Below the pieces are notes generated by a model, which had not been told where the DNA came from, ran no database searches, and worked only from the letters and a program-made list of their open reading frames with translations. Positions 41,369 through 52,446 of a DNA stretch of 64,000 nucleotides are shown here, piece after piece; within the stretch, counting starts at the first letter, position 1; each line of letters starts with the position of its first letter. Origin of the DNA: Haplodiscus bocki (lineage: Eukaryota). The position numbers and the translations under genes are program-made. Location: positions 69,130,001-69,194,000 of the forward strand of contig OZ296649.1 of assembly GCA_965655095.1 (NCBI GenBank). The letters are read 5' to 3'.

Positions 41369-42602
41369 ATGGCAGCAGCAAAGCCAACAATTACCCTACG
41401 AAAATATGAGGGAGGTTCAATGGATAATTGGACTGGTTTCGAGTCATTGTTTAGAAGTATTGTAGATGTAACGAACATAGGGAACAATCAGCGAGTAGGA
41501 TTTCTTAAACTACACCTGAAAGACGCAGCATTGCAATTTTTTCACACATTAGACAAAAACGCGAGGGCAGACTTACAATTGACAATAACAGCATTGAAAA
41601 ACCATTGTTGTCACCCAAATTTGAAAGAAATTCATCATATAAACTTAAAAAATATGAAGTTTAAGCACAAAACAGAATCATCTGATGAGTTTCTGATGAA
41701 ATTTCAAAATTGAGCCATTAAAGCCTATCCTACGCCAGTGGATGAGCCAGTTGCACCACTTAATAACAGTGGCAAATGACCAAGCAAGAGTTGATGGAGG
41801 AAACCGCGCAAATGAAAACCGACGAAATTTTACCCAAATGGAACGAGAACGACACATAATACGATTATTTAAGAAAGCAATGACAACTTTCAATAGACTC
41901 AATTTTTTAGAAGAACCCGAAAATGCTACGATTCAAGAATTATGTACCAAAGCAAGACAGAAATTAATTTTACGAAAATTATGTCCAGTTGATGACTGGT
42001 CTAGAGACGGATTTAATGAAATGAGTACACACAAGTCAGAAAAATTCCTCACGGTCCTGACTAAAATGACAGAAACTCAAAATTCTCTTGAAAATAGAAT
42101 TAACGCATTGACTGAAAATATTAGTCAGCCACCTCAAGAAACAGCGAGCCAAAACACGGACCAAAATTTCAACTCACAACAAAAATGGAGAGGAGACTTG
42201 AGAGGACGATTTTATCAAAATCGTGGAAACAGAGGAATTATACTAATCAAGGATCGATTACTACCAGAACCACAATCAAAGTCACGGAATATATGGAACA
42301 ATTTTCGAGGGACATTCCGAGGGAGAAATGATTTTAGACGACAGAATTACAGAGGGATTAATCGTGGAAATTATTCCAACCATGACAGCAGGAATCAAAA
42401 TTTTCGACAGTATGATAATCAAAATGCTGAAATGACACTAAATACAGGAAATGTGGAAGGACACATTGAGACAACAGCATTTTCACAAAAAGTTTTTTGT
42501 TCTTCCGGTTATCCTAATCACACATCGAGAATTTGCGAAGCGAGAGGCAGAAGCAGTTCACGAGGTGGACAAATTCTGTTTAACTCGCAGTCAAAAAACT
42601 AA
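41369..42602 (+). pseudogene. gag: gag (Ty3/Gypsy capsid, RG/N-rich region, degenerate CCHC knuckle); disrupted around 41713-41760
   Basis: MAAAKPTITLRKYEG...W..FE..F...LKLHLKDAALQFF capsid-like pattern. RG/N-rich nucleic-acid-binding tract. FCSSGYPNHTSRIC knuckle remnant. Confidence 0.9.
42593..42599 (+). promoter_or_regulatory. -1 ribosomal frameshift heptamer A_AAA_AAC at the gag/pol junction
   Basis: In the gag frame, immediately before TAA (42600-42602). The -1 frame is open from 42599 into the protease ORF at 42653. Confidence 0.85.
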
Positions 42603-43303
42603 TAACGCCACACACGTCAGATAGTCCAGAACCCTCTAACTACTTAAATTCAATGCACTACACTGAGAGTGATCATCCAAATGTTTTATCACCAGAATTA
42701 GTTATTAAACCAAAACCAGCTGAAGAAAACCTGAACCTTAATATGCAAGAAGCTCAGCTTCCTCCAGATTTCGAAATGAATGTGGTCATTCCACTTGAAG
42801 GGGAAAATTTGATGTATTTATTATTGAAATTTGACAATGACGTCAAAAGAAAAGCATTAATTGACACAGGAGCATGTGCTAACACCATGCCGGCCAATTT
42901 TTATAAAAAACTGAGAGAAGCATCGCCGAATTCCCCCTCAGATTTGAAGCAAGCTGCATTTTTAAATATCAAAGTAGCATCGGGGCGCAATGTGAAAGTT
43001 CGTGGCCAAATTGACGTTCAATTCAAAATTTATGAGCGTAGATTCGAAGATACATTCGTAATACTTCCATCAATGAACAGTGTTGTCTTAGGCAACCCTT
43101 TCTTTCGCACATACAGTATAGAAATCAGTGCAGGAGAAAACATACTCAAACTGCCAGAAATGACTTATGAATTGAATGAAATTAAAACTCCTAATGAAGG
43201 ACGCAAAACTATTCCTAAACGACGTTGTCCAGTTTTGATGAGTCAAAAAGTCATAATCAAGGCTCAGCATCAAAAAAACTTTACAGACAAAAGTAGTTTT
43301 TAG
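42599..43303 (+). pseudogene. pol: pol: aspartic protease
   Basis: ALIDTGACAN active site and downstream VVLGNPF. Confidence 0.92.
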
Positions 43304-43319
43304 GAATAACCTTGAAGGA

Positions 43320-43495
43320 CATACTGGAGTGATAATCCCAGATGAAGACCTTGAAAATAGCACTGAATTGAGACTTTGATCATCTGTTGTCACCGTCGGA
43401 AAAGACAATACAGTTTCAATTTTGGCAGTCGATTTGAATGATCACGCCATAACTTTCACGAAAAACCAACAAGTCGCAGTTTTCCAGTTTCTCTC
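43320..43495 (+). pseudogene. pol: dUTPase-like degenerate segment between PR and RT
   Basis: VSILAVDLNDHAITFTKNQQVAVFQ resembles the dUTPase I.V.L.N....F.I.KG.RIAQL strand pattern. Catalytic motifs are not visible. Confidence 0.4.
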
Positions 43496-43879
43496 TCCAC
43501 AAGATGAATAGGAATTAATTGAAATTGGACCAGAAATTCTGGCACTTGATAAAATGAAAAATGGAGAAGTTTTACGTGAAATAAATCAATTAATGCGTGT
43601 AGGAAAAACAAGAGGAGGAAGACAACCTAAACGCCCTCCTCCTGAATGACAAAATTTGGTTTCCCACAGATTTGTCAAAATCCCGATAACCTTCCTCCAT
43701 TACAGAGAAAAGTTTTCGACAACATAGCTGAATTACAAAAACGCGATCTGTTAGATCCACAAAGTAACGAACACGACAAGAAAACATTTTTAGCACAATT
43801 TGTTTGGTCTCGTTCAGCCTTGAACCCTGATCAAATTTCAGGAATGCAGAACTTTTCAGTTAGAGTTTTTCGACATTTT

Positions 43880-45250
43880 GGCGAAACATAGATTTGATGT
43901 TGGATATAATACTCAGTTGAAAGTTAAGCTGACTCAGCGCATGATTTATCAGTTTCCGTAAAAAGCCCCCCACCCCAATTCACCTGCGAGATGAATTTTG
44001 GTTGAATTAGCTTTAATGCAATATTATGGCATTGTCACACTTTTACCGAACTCTCAATATAATAGTCCAGTATTTGCACAACGAAAGCCGTCAGGGAAAC
44101 TGGAAATATTGATTGATTTGAGGCTTGTTAATCACCTCCTACGAAGTGATCACAGCAATAACAATTTCACCATCTCAAACATGACAGATGCCTTTCATCA
44201 TTTTGCAGGAAAGACTTTGTTTACCAAATTAGATTGTTCACAAGCTTATCACTGTGTACAAATGGCTGACCCCTGATCAGTCCAACTCATATCATTCAAC
44301 TTTGCTTCGAGAACATACGCCTACACAAGATTAGCTCAAGGTTTGAACAAATCGGTGACCGGATTTAGCCCATTTGTCAGATCTTATCTTGATTCTTGCC
44401 TTGCGGCCAACTTATGCACACAATTCATGGATGATATCGGATGTGGAGTGGAGACATTCGAACAAACGGTCCTCACACTTAGACAATTATTTGACTGCGC
44501 AAATCAGGACTTCGATTGACGCCTCATACATGTGAATTTGGAATGACTTCGATAAATTTTCTTGGCAAAACCGTAACCCCAAAAGGACTTAAACCGGAAA
44601 CTGAGAAAATTGGGAAAATTTTGAAGACAATGAAACTACCAGCTACAGTAAGACAAGTGAACAGATTGGTTGGGTTTGTCCTGTCTTTTCGAACCTTTAT
44701 GCCTAGCCTTGCACAAAATCTTATGCTTTGGTATTAACTGCTTAGAAGAGATGAATTTGCACTAAAGAACGAGCACTTGAAAAGTTTTGAAGTACTGAAA
44801 AAAGATCTTTTGCAAGCAACACAAACCACACTACGCTTAGCAAAGCATGGTCAACAATATGTAATCTTTTGTGACGCAAGTTACTACAGTAGTGGATTTG
44901 GACTAATGAATGAGGATTACCTGTACCAAAAAGGTGGAACAAAGAAACAAGCATATGCACCAGTCTTGTTTGGTTCTCAACTTTTTAATACAAGTCAACT
45001 GAAAATGTCAACATACTGTAAAGATTTTGTGGCACTTTACTTTGCTCTAGAGTATTTCTCACATTTCATTTGGGGTGCAGAAAAACCAGTCATTGGTTTG
45101 ACAGATAATACAAGTCACTAGTTTTTCCAGTCTAAATCGCTTCATCCAGCTTTGTGGATTTTTATGGACAAAGTAATTGCATACAATTTTGTCCTAGCAC
45201 ACATACCTGGTAGAGCCAACGAAGCAGCAGACTTGCTGCCCAGAATGCAA
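43880..45250 (+). pseudogene. pol: pol: reverse transcriptase and RNase H
   Basis: YNSPVFAQRKPSGKLEILIDLRLVN, FTKLDCSQAY, LAQG, QFMDDI (FMDD at 44424-44435), INFLG. RNase H motifs YVIFCDAS, TDN and HIPGRANEAADLL. Confidence 0.93.
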
Positions 45251-45691
45251 ACTGATACTCGCCAAAGCTCAGAACTTCAATTACTTGACGCAATCCCAAT
45301 GAAACAAATTGACATTGAAATGAAAGCGAAAACACCAGATGCATCGATGCTTTCGATCGAACGGCCTGAAACCCAACCAAGGGAACCAATTCAACCATCA
45401 ATACGTAGAGGTTTACTGGACCAGCTACACACAAATGACACTTTACAGAATCTTATACCTAATCTCAATGAAATCTTAGAATCTGCTTCGACTAAAGAGA
45501 CTATTGAATTATATTCTCTCATACAAACATCTGAGCTCAATTCAAGACAAGGACCCACTTAATTACTTTGAAACAAAAAAAATCAAACACTGGAGTAATG
45601 GACAGAACAGAAAAAAGATCCAGCTCTACGTAAAGTTCTTTCTTGGATTCATAATGGATGTAACGATGACATTACATACGCGTCGTTTGAA

Positions 45692-46873
45692 TTGAAAAAT
45701 TATCACGAGCAGTTATCGGGTTTACAAATACAAAAAGGTATTGTGATGCGTCAATTTTTTGATGATGTAAGAAAAGTTTCTCATTATCAAATTCGCATTC
45801 CAAAACATTTACGAAAAGAAGTGCTTTATAGAATTCATAACTCACCCACAAGTGGGCATGTTGGTATAGTCCGAACTGCAGAAGAGTTTCGCCGGAGATT
45901 CCATTTCTCAGGATTGTCTGAGTTCCTCACTGACTTCATCAGGAATTGTTTGTCATGTTCCACGTTAAAGAGTCCAGAACCGGCAACTGCACCCTCCACT
46001 TCAGCCCATCTCATCGGAACAGCTTTTTCCGGGAATTATGATGCAAATTGACTTGGTTGGACCATTCCAATCGCCAATTTACAAATATGCACACGCGGCA
46101 AACGTTGCGAAGGCTCTTCTTTCAATTTTTTGCAGCATAGCTATATTCCTACGACACTTTTATCGGACTTACGGACTAATTTTGTTGCTAAACTATTACA
46201 TGAACTGACGGATTTACTTGAAATTCAACTGCAGCATGCTTCTCTGAAGCACCCACAAACAATTGGGGTAGTTGAACGACCACATTCTGCTCTGAATTGA
46301 GTCTTGAAAGTGAACACAGACAAAAAATGGAACACATGGTACAGGTATGTTGACTTAGCTACGTTCATACACAACACGTCGTACCATTCCTCAATTAGAT
46401 GTACACCCAGTTCTCTGTTTCATGGCAGAGAACCGATTGAACCTATCGATCTGCGATTTCTCAGTCATATTTTAGCGAACAAATAACTAACTTCAGACTA
46501 CTTGGTTGATTTGCAAGACTCCTTGTTAGAACCGTTTTCACGCACAAAATCGAGATTATTGGATGCTTACCATAACTACCGCGCTTACTATGACAAGAAA
46601 GCAGCTGCAAAACCGTTGGCGAACCAACAGTATTGCTTGCTATTGAATCCTTCTGTGTTAGCGCAAAGTGATTTTGCTGCCAAATCAACAACAATTTTTC
46701 TGTCCTTGTATAAAGTTGAAAAAATTTTAACAAAATCCAACTACCTAATGAGAAAAATTGGGACTCCATACACGCAATGTGTTCATCGTGTTGGTTTTAG
46801 ACCGATTACACCTAATTATGAGGTGGAGGACATTTCTGTTACGACGGATGATTTCCGCCCTGATCCAGGCTGA
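45692..46873 (+). pseudogene. pol: pol: integrase
   Basis: HHCC finger H(NSPTSG)H...CLSC. DDE core MQIDLVG / LSD...NF / GVVER. Then HNTSYHSSIRCTPSSLFHGRE. Confidence 0.92.
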
Positions 46874-47718
46874 GGAAAGTATCGATCTGAACATGAGATG
46901 TTTGATTCAACATTGGAAAAATCCATGGAGGATACTTTATTTTATCAAAACTTGCCTCCTAATTTTAGAAATGAAAGTGAAGAAGTCCAACATACCATAG
47001 GAGGAGTAACCGCTGGCCCAGCAGTTCCTGCCCCCGCAAGTAGGATCCGTGTTGCTCCAGCACCAGCTGATGCAACACAGGTCGCTTTTAGGGCTGATCG
47101 AACGCCCCCGTTCCCACCACCACCCGCACTTGAACCGGAACCTCCGGATGAACCGGAAATACTCATTTTTCTTTAACCTAACTTAGACATGGCCCGGATT
47201 CAGGTACGCAACGACTGTTGCCAGCCCGATGTGCGCATGAAACCAACAACGCGGCCGATGAAAAAGAAGCACCTAGAACTCCCGAAGATTCTTCAGGGAC
47301 AAGTGATAATCGTTCGCACGTTCGTACACCACGCCAGGCTGCTCAACCAAGTGTTTGTCAATCGTTTCATCGCCTAAAATTCGACTCTTTTGATCACTAT
47401 AGGAATATACCCTCTAGAAAATTGATTGATGGTGGTTATTAAGCCTATTCAGGTCAACAAGCCGCCACACCACCCACACGCGACAAAAAACGCGAAAACT
47501 TGAAAAATATTGCTCAAACAACAACAGAGCAACTTACGCGAGCAAAAATTCGAATTTTGAATATTCATGAAACGCCCGAAAAATCTATTCTGAAACGACG
47601 GTATCCTCACAGATCAAAGAAAGGACAGCCAGGTCCTTCGTCTGATGTTTCGTCTGCAAAATTTCAACTGATTATGTACGACACACATCAAAAAGATTCA
47701 ATAGACCTACCTCAGAAC

Positions 47719-48141
47719 GTTCATTTTTCAGAGGGTGACTTTTTCAGCAAACCAGATGCAAATTTTGGACATTGTGTATCCTCTGACTTAGCAATGTCAG
47801 CTGGGATAGCAGCGCAATTTTGTCATCTTTTTCCCAAAATGACCGAAATACGTCAAACGCATCAAAGTTTGTCGCCAGGATCTTTAGTTGCGTATTTTAA
47901 CAAAACGAGTAACAATTGGATATGCAATTTAGTCACGAAAAGACGATGCAATGACAAGCCAATGTATTCTGATTTGAACAAATGCCTTTGTCGCATGAAA
48001 AGTCATATGTTGCAATATCATATTACTGAAACTCGCTTACCTCAACTTGGATGTGGATTTGATAAATTAGATAGGAAACACGTTTTATTGAACATTTTCA
48101 ACGTCTTCGGTAACACTGAAATTACTGTGGACATATTTCTC
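47719..48141 (+). pseudogene. TARG1/OARD1 (C6orf130)-family macrodomain at the C-terminus of pol
   Basis: EGDFF...GHCVSSDLAMSAGIAAQF...NLVTKRR..DKP.Y..L..CL..MKSH.....LPQLGCGFDKL matches the TARG1 motifs GDLF/AHCIS.D..MGAGIA/LITKK/MPRIGCGLD.L, including the catalytic Lys and Asp positions. Confidence 0.92.
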
Positions 48142-48584
48142 CTTAAAGTCCAAAATCCTATTAGGTCAGAAAATAGGTTCTTAGCAGAGGAATATTCCTC
48201 AGATGAAGAAATACAACGACTTGTTGAAGGAATGAGTAAAGCACGGAATTTAGCGTTAGAAGGTATGCTTCAATGCCCTCCCACGAATGTCCGAAACGAA
48301 CGTGACAGACCGAGCTGAGAACTGTCACACGAGTTGACCTATTGAGTTGATTACCTTTATCAACTCTTTGGCGACTTACTGTCTGATACAATTGACTCCA
48401 ATATTTACTCAAATTAAGAGTTCGCAGTACTAGCTGTCAATCATTTCTTATCAAAAATAATCACTCAATACTTATCAGTAGTCAAATTACAGTTCAAAAC
48501 TAAATCTCTTTTAGATCAAATTTATGCTTTAGCAAAGCGTACAAACTCCTTCGATCACATTCCCGATCATTCAAACGACCGAAA

Positions 48585-48890
48585 ATGAATAACCAATTTC
48601 GGCGATATCAGCACCGTATTTTAAGGTGTGAATTTTTCCACAATATTGCTAACAGAAGAATTGACTATCGTGGCCTGAATCAGCCATGGCTCAGACTTTA
48701 AACACAGCGCTGGCACCACCAAATGCTGGTGTTTGATGAATTTGATGTCTTACCGCATACATTTGAATGGAGTGCTTTGATTGACTCTGCCAGGCAATAT
48801 GCTGATACGGAAGAGCTGCAAGATTTTGCTGACTGAATTATCGCAGTCGAGCAGCCACAAAGGCGCACATTATTCTTCATGGTCTTGTAA
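48585..48890 (+). pseudogene. Accessory orphan ORF A (paralog 1 of 3), 102 codons with two premature stops
   Basis: MNNQFRRYQHRILRCEFF...PWLRL*TQRW...LPHTFEWSALIDSARQYADTEELQDFAD*II. Its ATG overlaps the upstream TGA. Confidence 0.6.
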
Positions 48891-49016
48891 CATGACACCT
48901 GATATCGCCTAATGATTTTGGATCAATCATCATTTATCTTATCAGCCTCTATAAAAACACAGATTTTCCACTTCTAATATCAGTCTTAAATCAGTCATGA
49001 AACGTTAGCTATCACC

Positions 49017-49282
49017 ATGAGTCGTATGTTTTGGAAAATTCACATCACTGGATACACATGTGATTTTCATGGCGTTCCTGTGGTCTGGGGAATTACCCCT
49101 TCAGACATCACCCCCCGATTGGATTTCACAATCCGTTATTGGAGTCAAGGAGCACTCATATAAAAAGATTTTGAAAATCTACCCGGAATCTCTTGAGTGC
49201 CGCTGCTCCCCATGCTCATGACTTCAACTTGGCTGAAGATCTCATTGACTGGATGGCCAGACAATTTCGAAGCCATTTGTGA
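49017..49282 (+). pseudogene. Accessory orphan ORF B (paralog 2 of 3), frameshifted
   Basis: MSRMFWKIHITGYTCDFHGVPVVWGITPSDITPRLDFTIRYW...LP / SAAAPHAHDFNLAEDLIDWMARQFRSHL*. Confidence 0.6.
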
Positions 49283-49599
49283 ATTCAGATCATGACATCA
49301 CAACTTTAATTACTCTTCATATTTCATTTATTTATGTATTGGTAACTTGAACAGGAAAAAAAATCAAAAACACAAAATCAAAAAAAAACACTTTTTTTCA
49401 ATTGAGTCACGATATTTGAGTTTCCAACATCCAATATAGGAATTGTACGTTGTTGATTCATAAGAACAAAATTTCTCTTTGGCATCAGTTTTGCTTGATG
49501 AAAGACAAACAGTATAATTTGTAGTTAGACTTTCTTGAGCATATGAGAACGCTTGACAGCCCTCGTCATTGTTGCATTCTGCCGAGCGCATACTATTAT

Positions 49600-49930
49600 T
49601 TTCGAGAGGTTTCAGTTTTGAAAACACCATCTAAATTGGCTTTATTCCCACGAATTCTACGCTTGCGACGTATTCGGAAGATTCCAACTAGTCGGTATTA
49701 GCGGCGAATTTGGCTACCCCCCACTGATTTTGACATTCCGCCGATGGAATTATGGCCATTTTTTGTACTGGCATGACCCTATTTTCCCGGAAAACCCTGC
49801 TTGGTATGAGCTGATTGCATGCGCAGCCCGTAACGCGAAAGCAGCCCGCAAAGACTCGCTTGTCGACTGGCTAATTCAACTTGACGTCTTTGCCATCCAA
49901 TCCATGGCTTGGTATAATCAGCGCGAGTGA
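49600..49930 (+). pseudogene. Accessory orphan ORF C (paralog 3 of 3), start uncertain
   Basis: F*KHHLNWLYSHEFYACDVFGRFQLVGISGEFGYPPLILTFRRW...FPENPAWYELIACAARNAKAARKDSLVDWLIQLD. Confidence 0.6.
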
Positions 49931-50584
49931 TTGTAATAAAACTTTACATCGTAATTCAAGTTCTAATTAATTCTACCAGTACCATTTTTCATTTTGCACT
50001 TTATGAAAATTGACCTTCATTTTTCTTGTTTCTCTTACATCGCACGAGACGCTCCAATGAATTTAATTTGAGTTTGCTTCTCGGTTGCACAAAACTTTTT
50101 GGCTGAAAATCGAAATTTCACTACTAACGTTTGATAGCTCTGATTAATGCCTCCATGCTGGGCGGACATATGGCTCCTATCTTGCGCCCCCTACAAAGGG
50201 TACTAGAAATACACACTTCAAATCGTTGATGTTCAACGAATATTTTCACAATTCTTCTAGGTTTTTCTAAGTTTTTTTCGGGACGTCCTTTCCTGCTCTA
50301 CGCCTGTCGCGAATTTCCTTTTTCTACACTGACAAACCAAAACATGATTTTATTGAAGGATTTACTTCAAGGAAAACACCTGATATTGTCATCAGTTGAG
50401 ATGATTGCAATTATATGAAGGTGCGAGTTTACCGTTTTCGTTGTATTTCTCGTACGAAAGCTTGCGCTGCTGCTGAATGCAAATATCACACTTGATTACT
50501 ACCCTTCGGTCTTTTGGTCTGAGTCAGTACCCGACATACTTTCAACACACGGGTCGCCGACACAAAAAAAACATCTAAAATTTT

Positions 50585-51709
50585 TCACTTTTTTTCTGCT
50601 TGTTGATGTTCGTGTTTTCTCAAACCCCGTGGAAAGTTGGCAGCTCTCCTGTGGCGTCGTGATTTGCCTGGTTTCTGCGCCACATTTTGTTGTTTTCCGT
50701 CAATTTGGAAACATTCAATATGCTGTCCAAGCTCGGTTTTCTCGCGCTCAGTGTCAGCTAAGTATCCCCATATTTTTGTATATGCACAATTTCGATAAGC
50801 CAGTAGTTTTTTCCTCTTTGCAATCCTGGGGAATAATATTTTAGCACCTGTTGTTGCCTTCGCGTATCTATATGCGACTTGCTTTCAAATCTGGCAACCA
50901 ATGCTGGCCCTTCTGACACAGTTAATACAGTGTGGGTTGAAAGACCAGGCTGCAGCATACATGATGTAGGGGTTGTCCAATAAAATCTAATTTTCTTCTT
51001 GCTCACTGTTGAGCGCGGTCTCTTTAGCAGAAAATTCAATAAGGCTTTAGTTCTTTGCAAGTTGTTCCTTTATCCTTGACTGACAGCCACTTTCGGCAAT
51101 AATCATCAATTTTCCAATCGGGACATGGGTGATGCTGTCGTCGCCTCCTGTTTCTATGCGACCTCGAGTGTACCAAATCCCGAAAGAGGCAATAGCATCT
51201 AACTTTGTTAATTGCAGCCCTTCCGGCATTTTAAATTTCACTAACCCATCCGGAGAAAAATACCATGCTGTAGACTGGTAAACGATTGATCCATACTTGT
51301 AATTTACTTGTACACGCGGTGCTCCCCTTGCCGCTTAATCTGTTGCAGAAGCTCCACTGCACTTGCGGCACTTTTTTCGACAAACGCTGCATGCAGTTGA
51401 AAGAGTTGTTGTTTTTCAAGGATAATAGGAATAGTCGGCCCTCCATTTTGAATACATTCTGCTAACCCAAGGTCTGCCACTTTCTCGGAGAGTCCCTCCC
51501 AGGTATCCATGTTTGATTCATCTACTCTCTGCACTGGTAACCAACCCAACTGTAGTAACCTCGTTTCATTCGGGCTAGTTAGCGCTTCCTGATTTCCTTT
51601 GCCACTGGCCCAGCGAGTTTTCTTTGTCCAGCGTTTCAGCTATAACAGTACGACCAACACAAACTCTCATTGAACTAACCCATAATATTTTGTCTCCGGA
51701 TGTCTCCAT
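50585..51709 (-). pseudogene. Antisense JmjC-domain (KDM2/KDM7-like 2OG-Fe(II) oxygenase) gene inside the LTR element, frameshifted
   Basis: ASFGIWYTRG[R]IETGGDDSITHVPIGKLMIIA aligns to [28 protein letters not shown]. About 75 codons later, FYWTTPTSCMLQPGLSTHTVLTVSEGPALVA aligns to [22 protein letters not shown]. Confidence 0.7.
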
Positions 51710-52446
51710 TTTGGAAGCCGTCCATTACTCACTCTTTGGCCTCTCTGCCGCTTTATTATTTGTTAGGGATTCTTTTACGCATACATAAGCGTTTCACACT
51801 TCCCGATTTCCGGCCCTCTTTGGCTTCTCCGTCTGCGCCCTTTGTGTGCTATTTTCTTTTCTGAAAAATTTAACACACATTTACTGTGTTAGTTCAATTT
51901 TTTCCTGCTCCTACTCACAGTCTCGGTATTTGGTTGGTTTAAATTGCAAAACTAAATTACACTAGGTAGGGAACATAACTCTATTCTAGTCTATCCATGT
52001 CAATTACAGTCGGTTCTGCTACACCTGTTTCTCTGATTGTAAACCTGGCAATGCATTGCTGCAGTTATTTGCCTTCATTCTGCAAGTGTTTGCCACATCC
52101 GCCGCCAAATCATCAACAGAAGCAGTAACCCCGACAGTACCATTAGCAAGACCCACGAATTGTCAAAGGATTCGGTCGCCCGCCACACTCTCTGACACGC
52201 GGGCAAGACACGGGATGCCCAATGTTCCCCCACACAGGTCGCACCAGGGCAACAGATAACTTTTATTCCGTCCACAAACTTTGTGGAGCACGTTTTTTTG
52301 AGCTCTGAAAAGCTCGGCGTACCTTTTAGACATGTTTTGTACATAACAAAAAAACAGACGAAAAGAAGACAAACGACACAAACGACGAAGCACGAACACA
52401 AAAGAAACAAAAATTAAAGAAAACTCTGAGCGCACGAATTACACCT

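Noticed and set aside
44424-44435. FMDD instead of YxDD as a novel RT active site
   Set aside because: TTC is one change from TAC in a clearly decayed copy; it cannot be distinguished from mutation without other copies.
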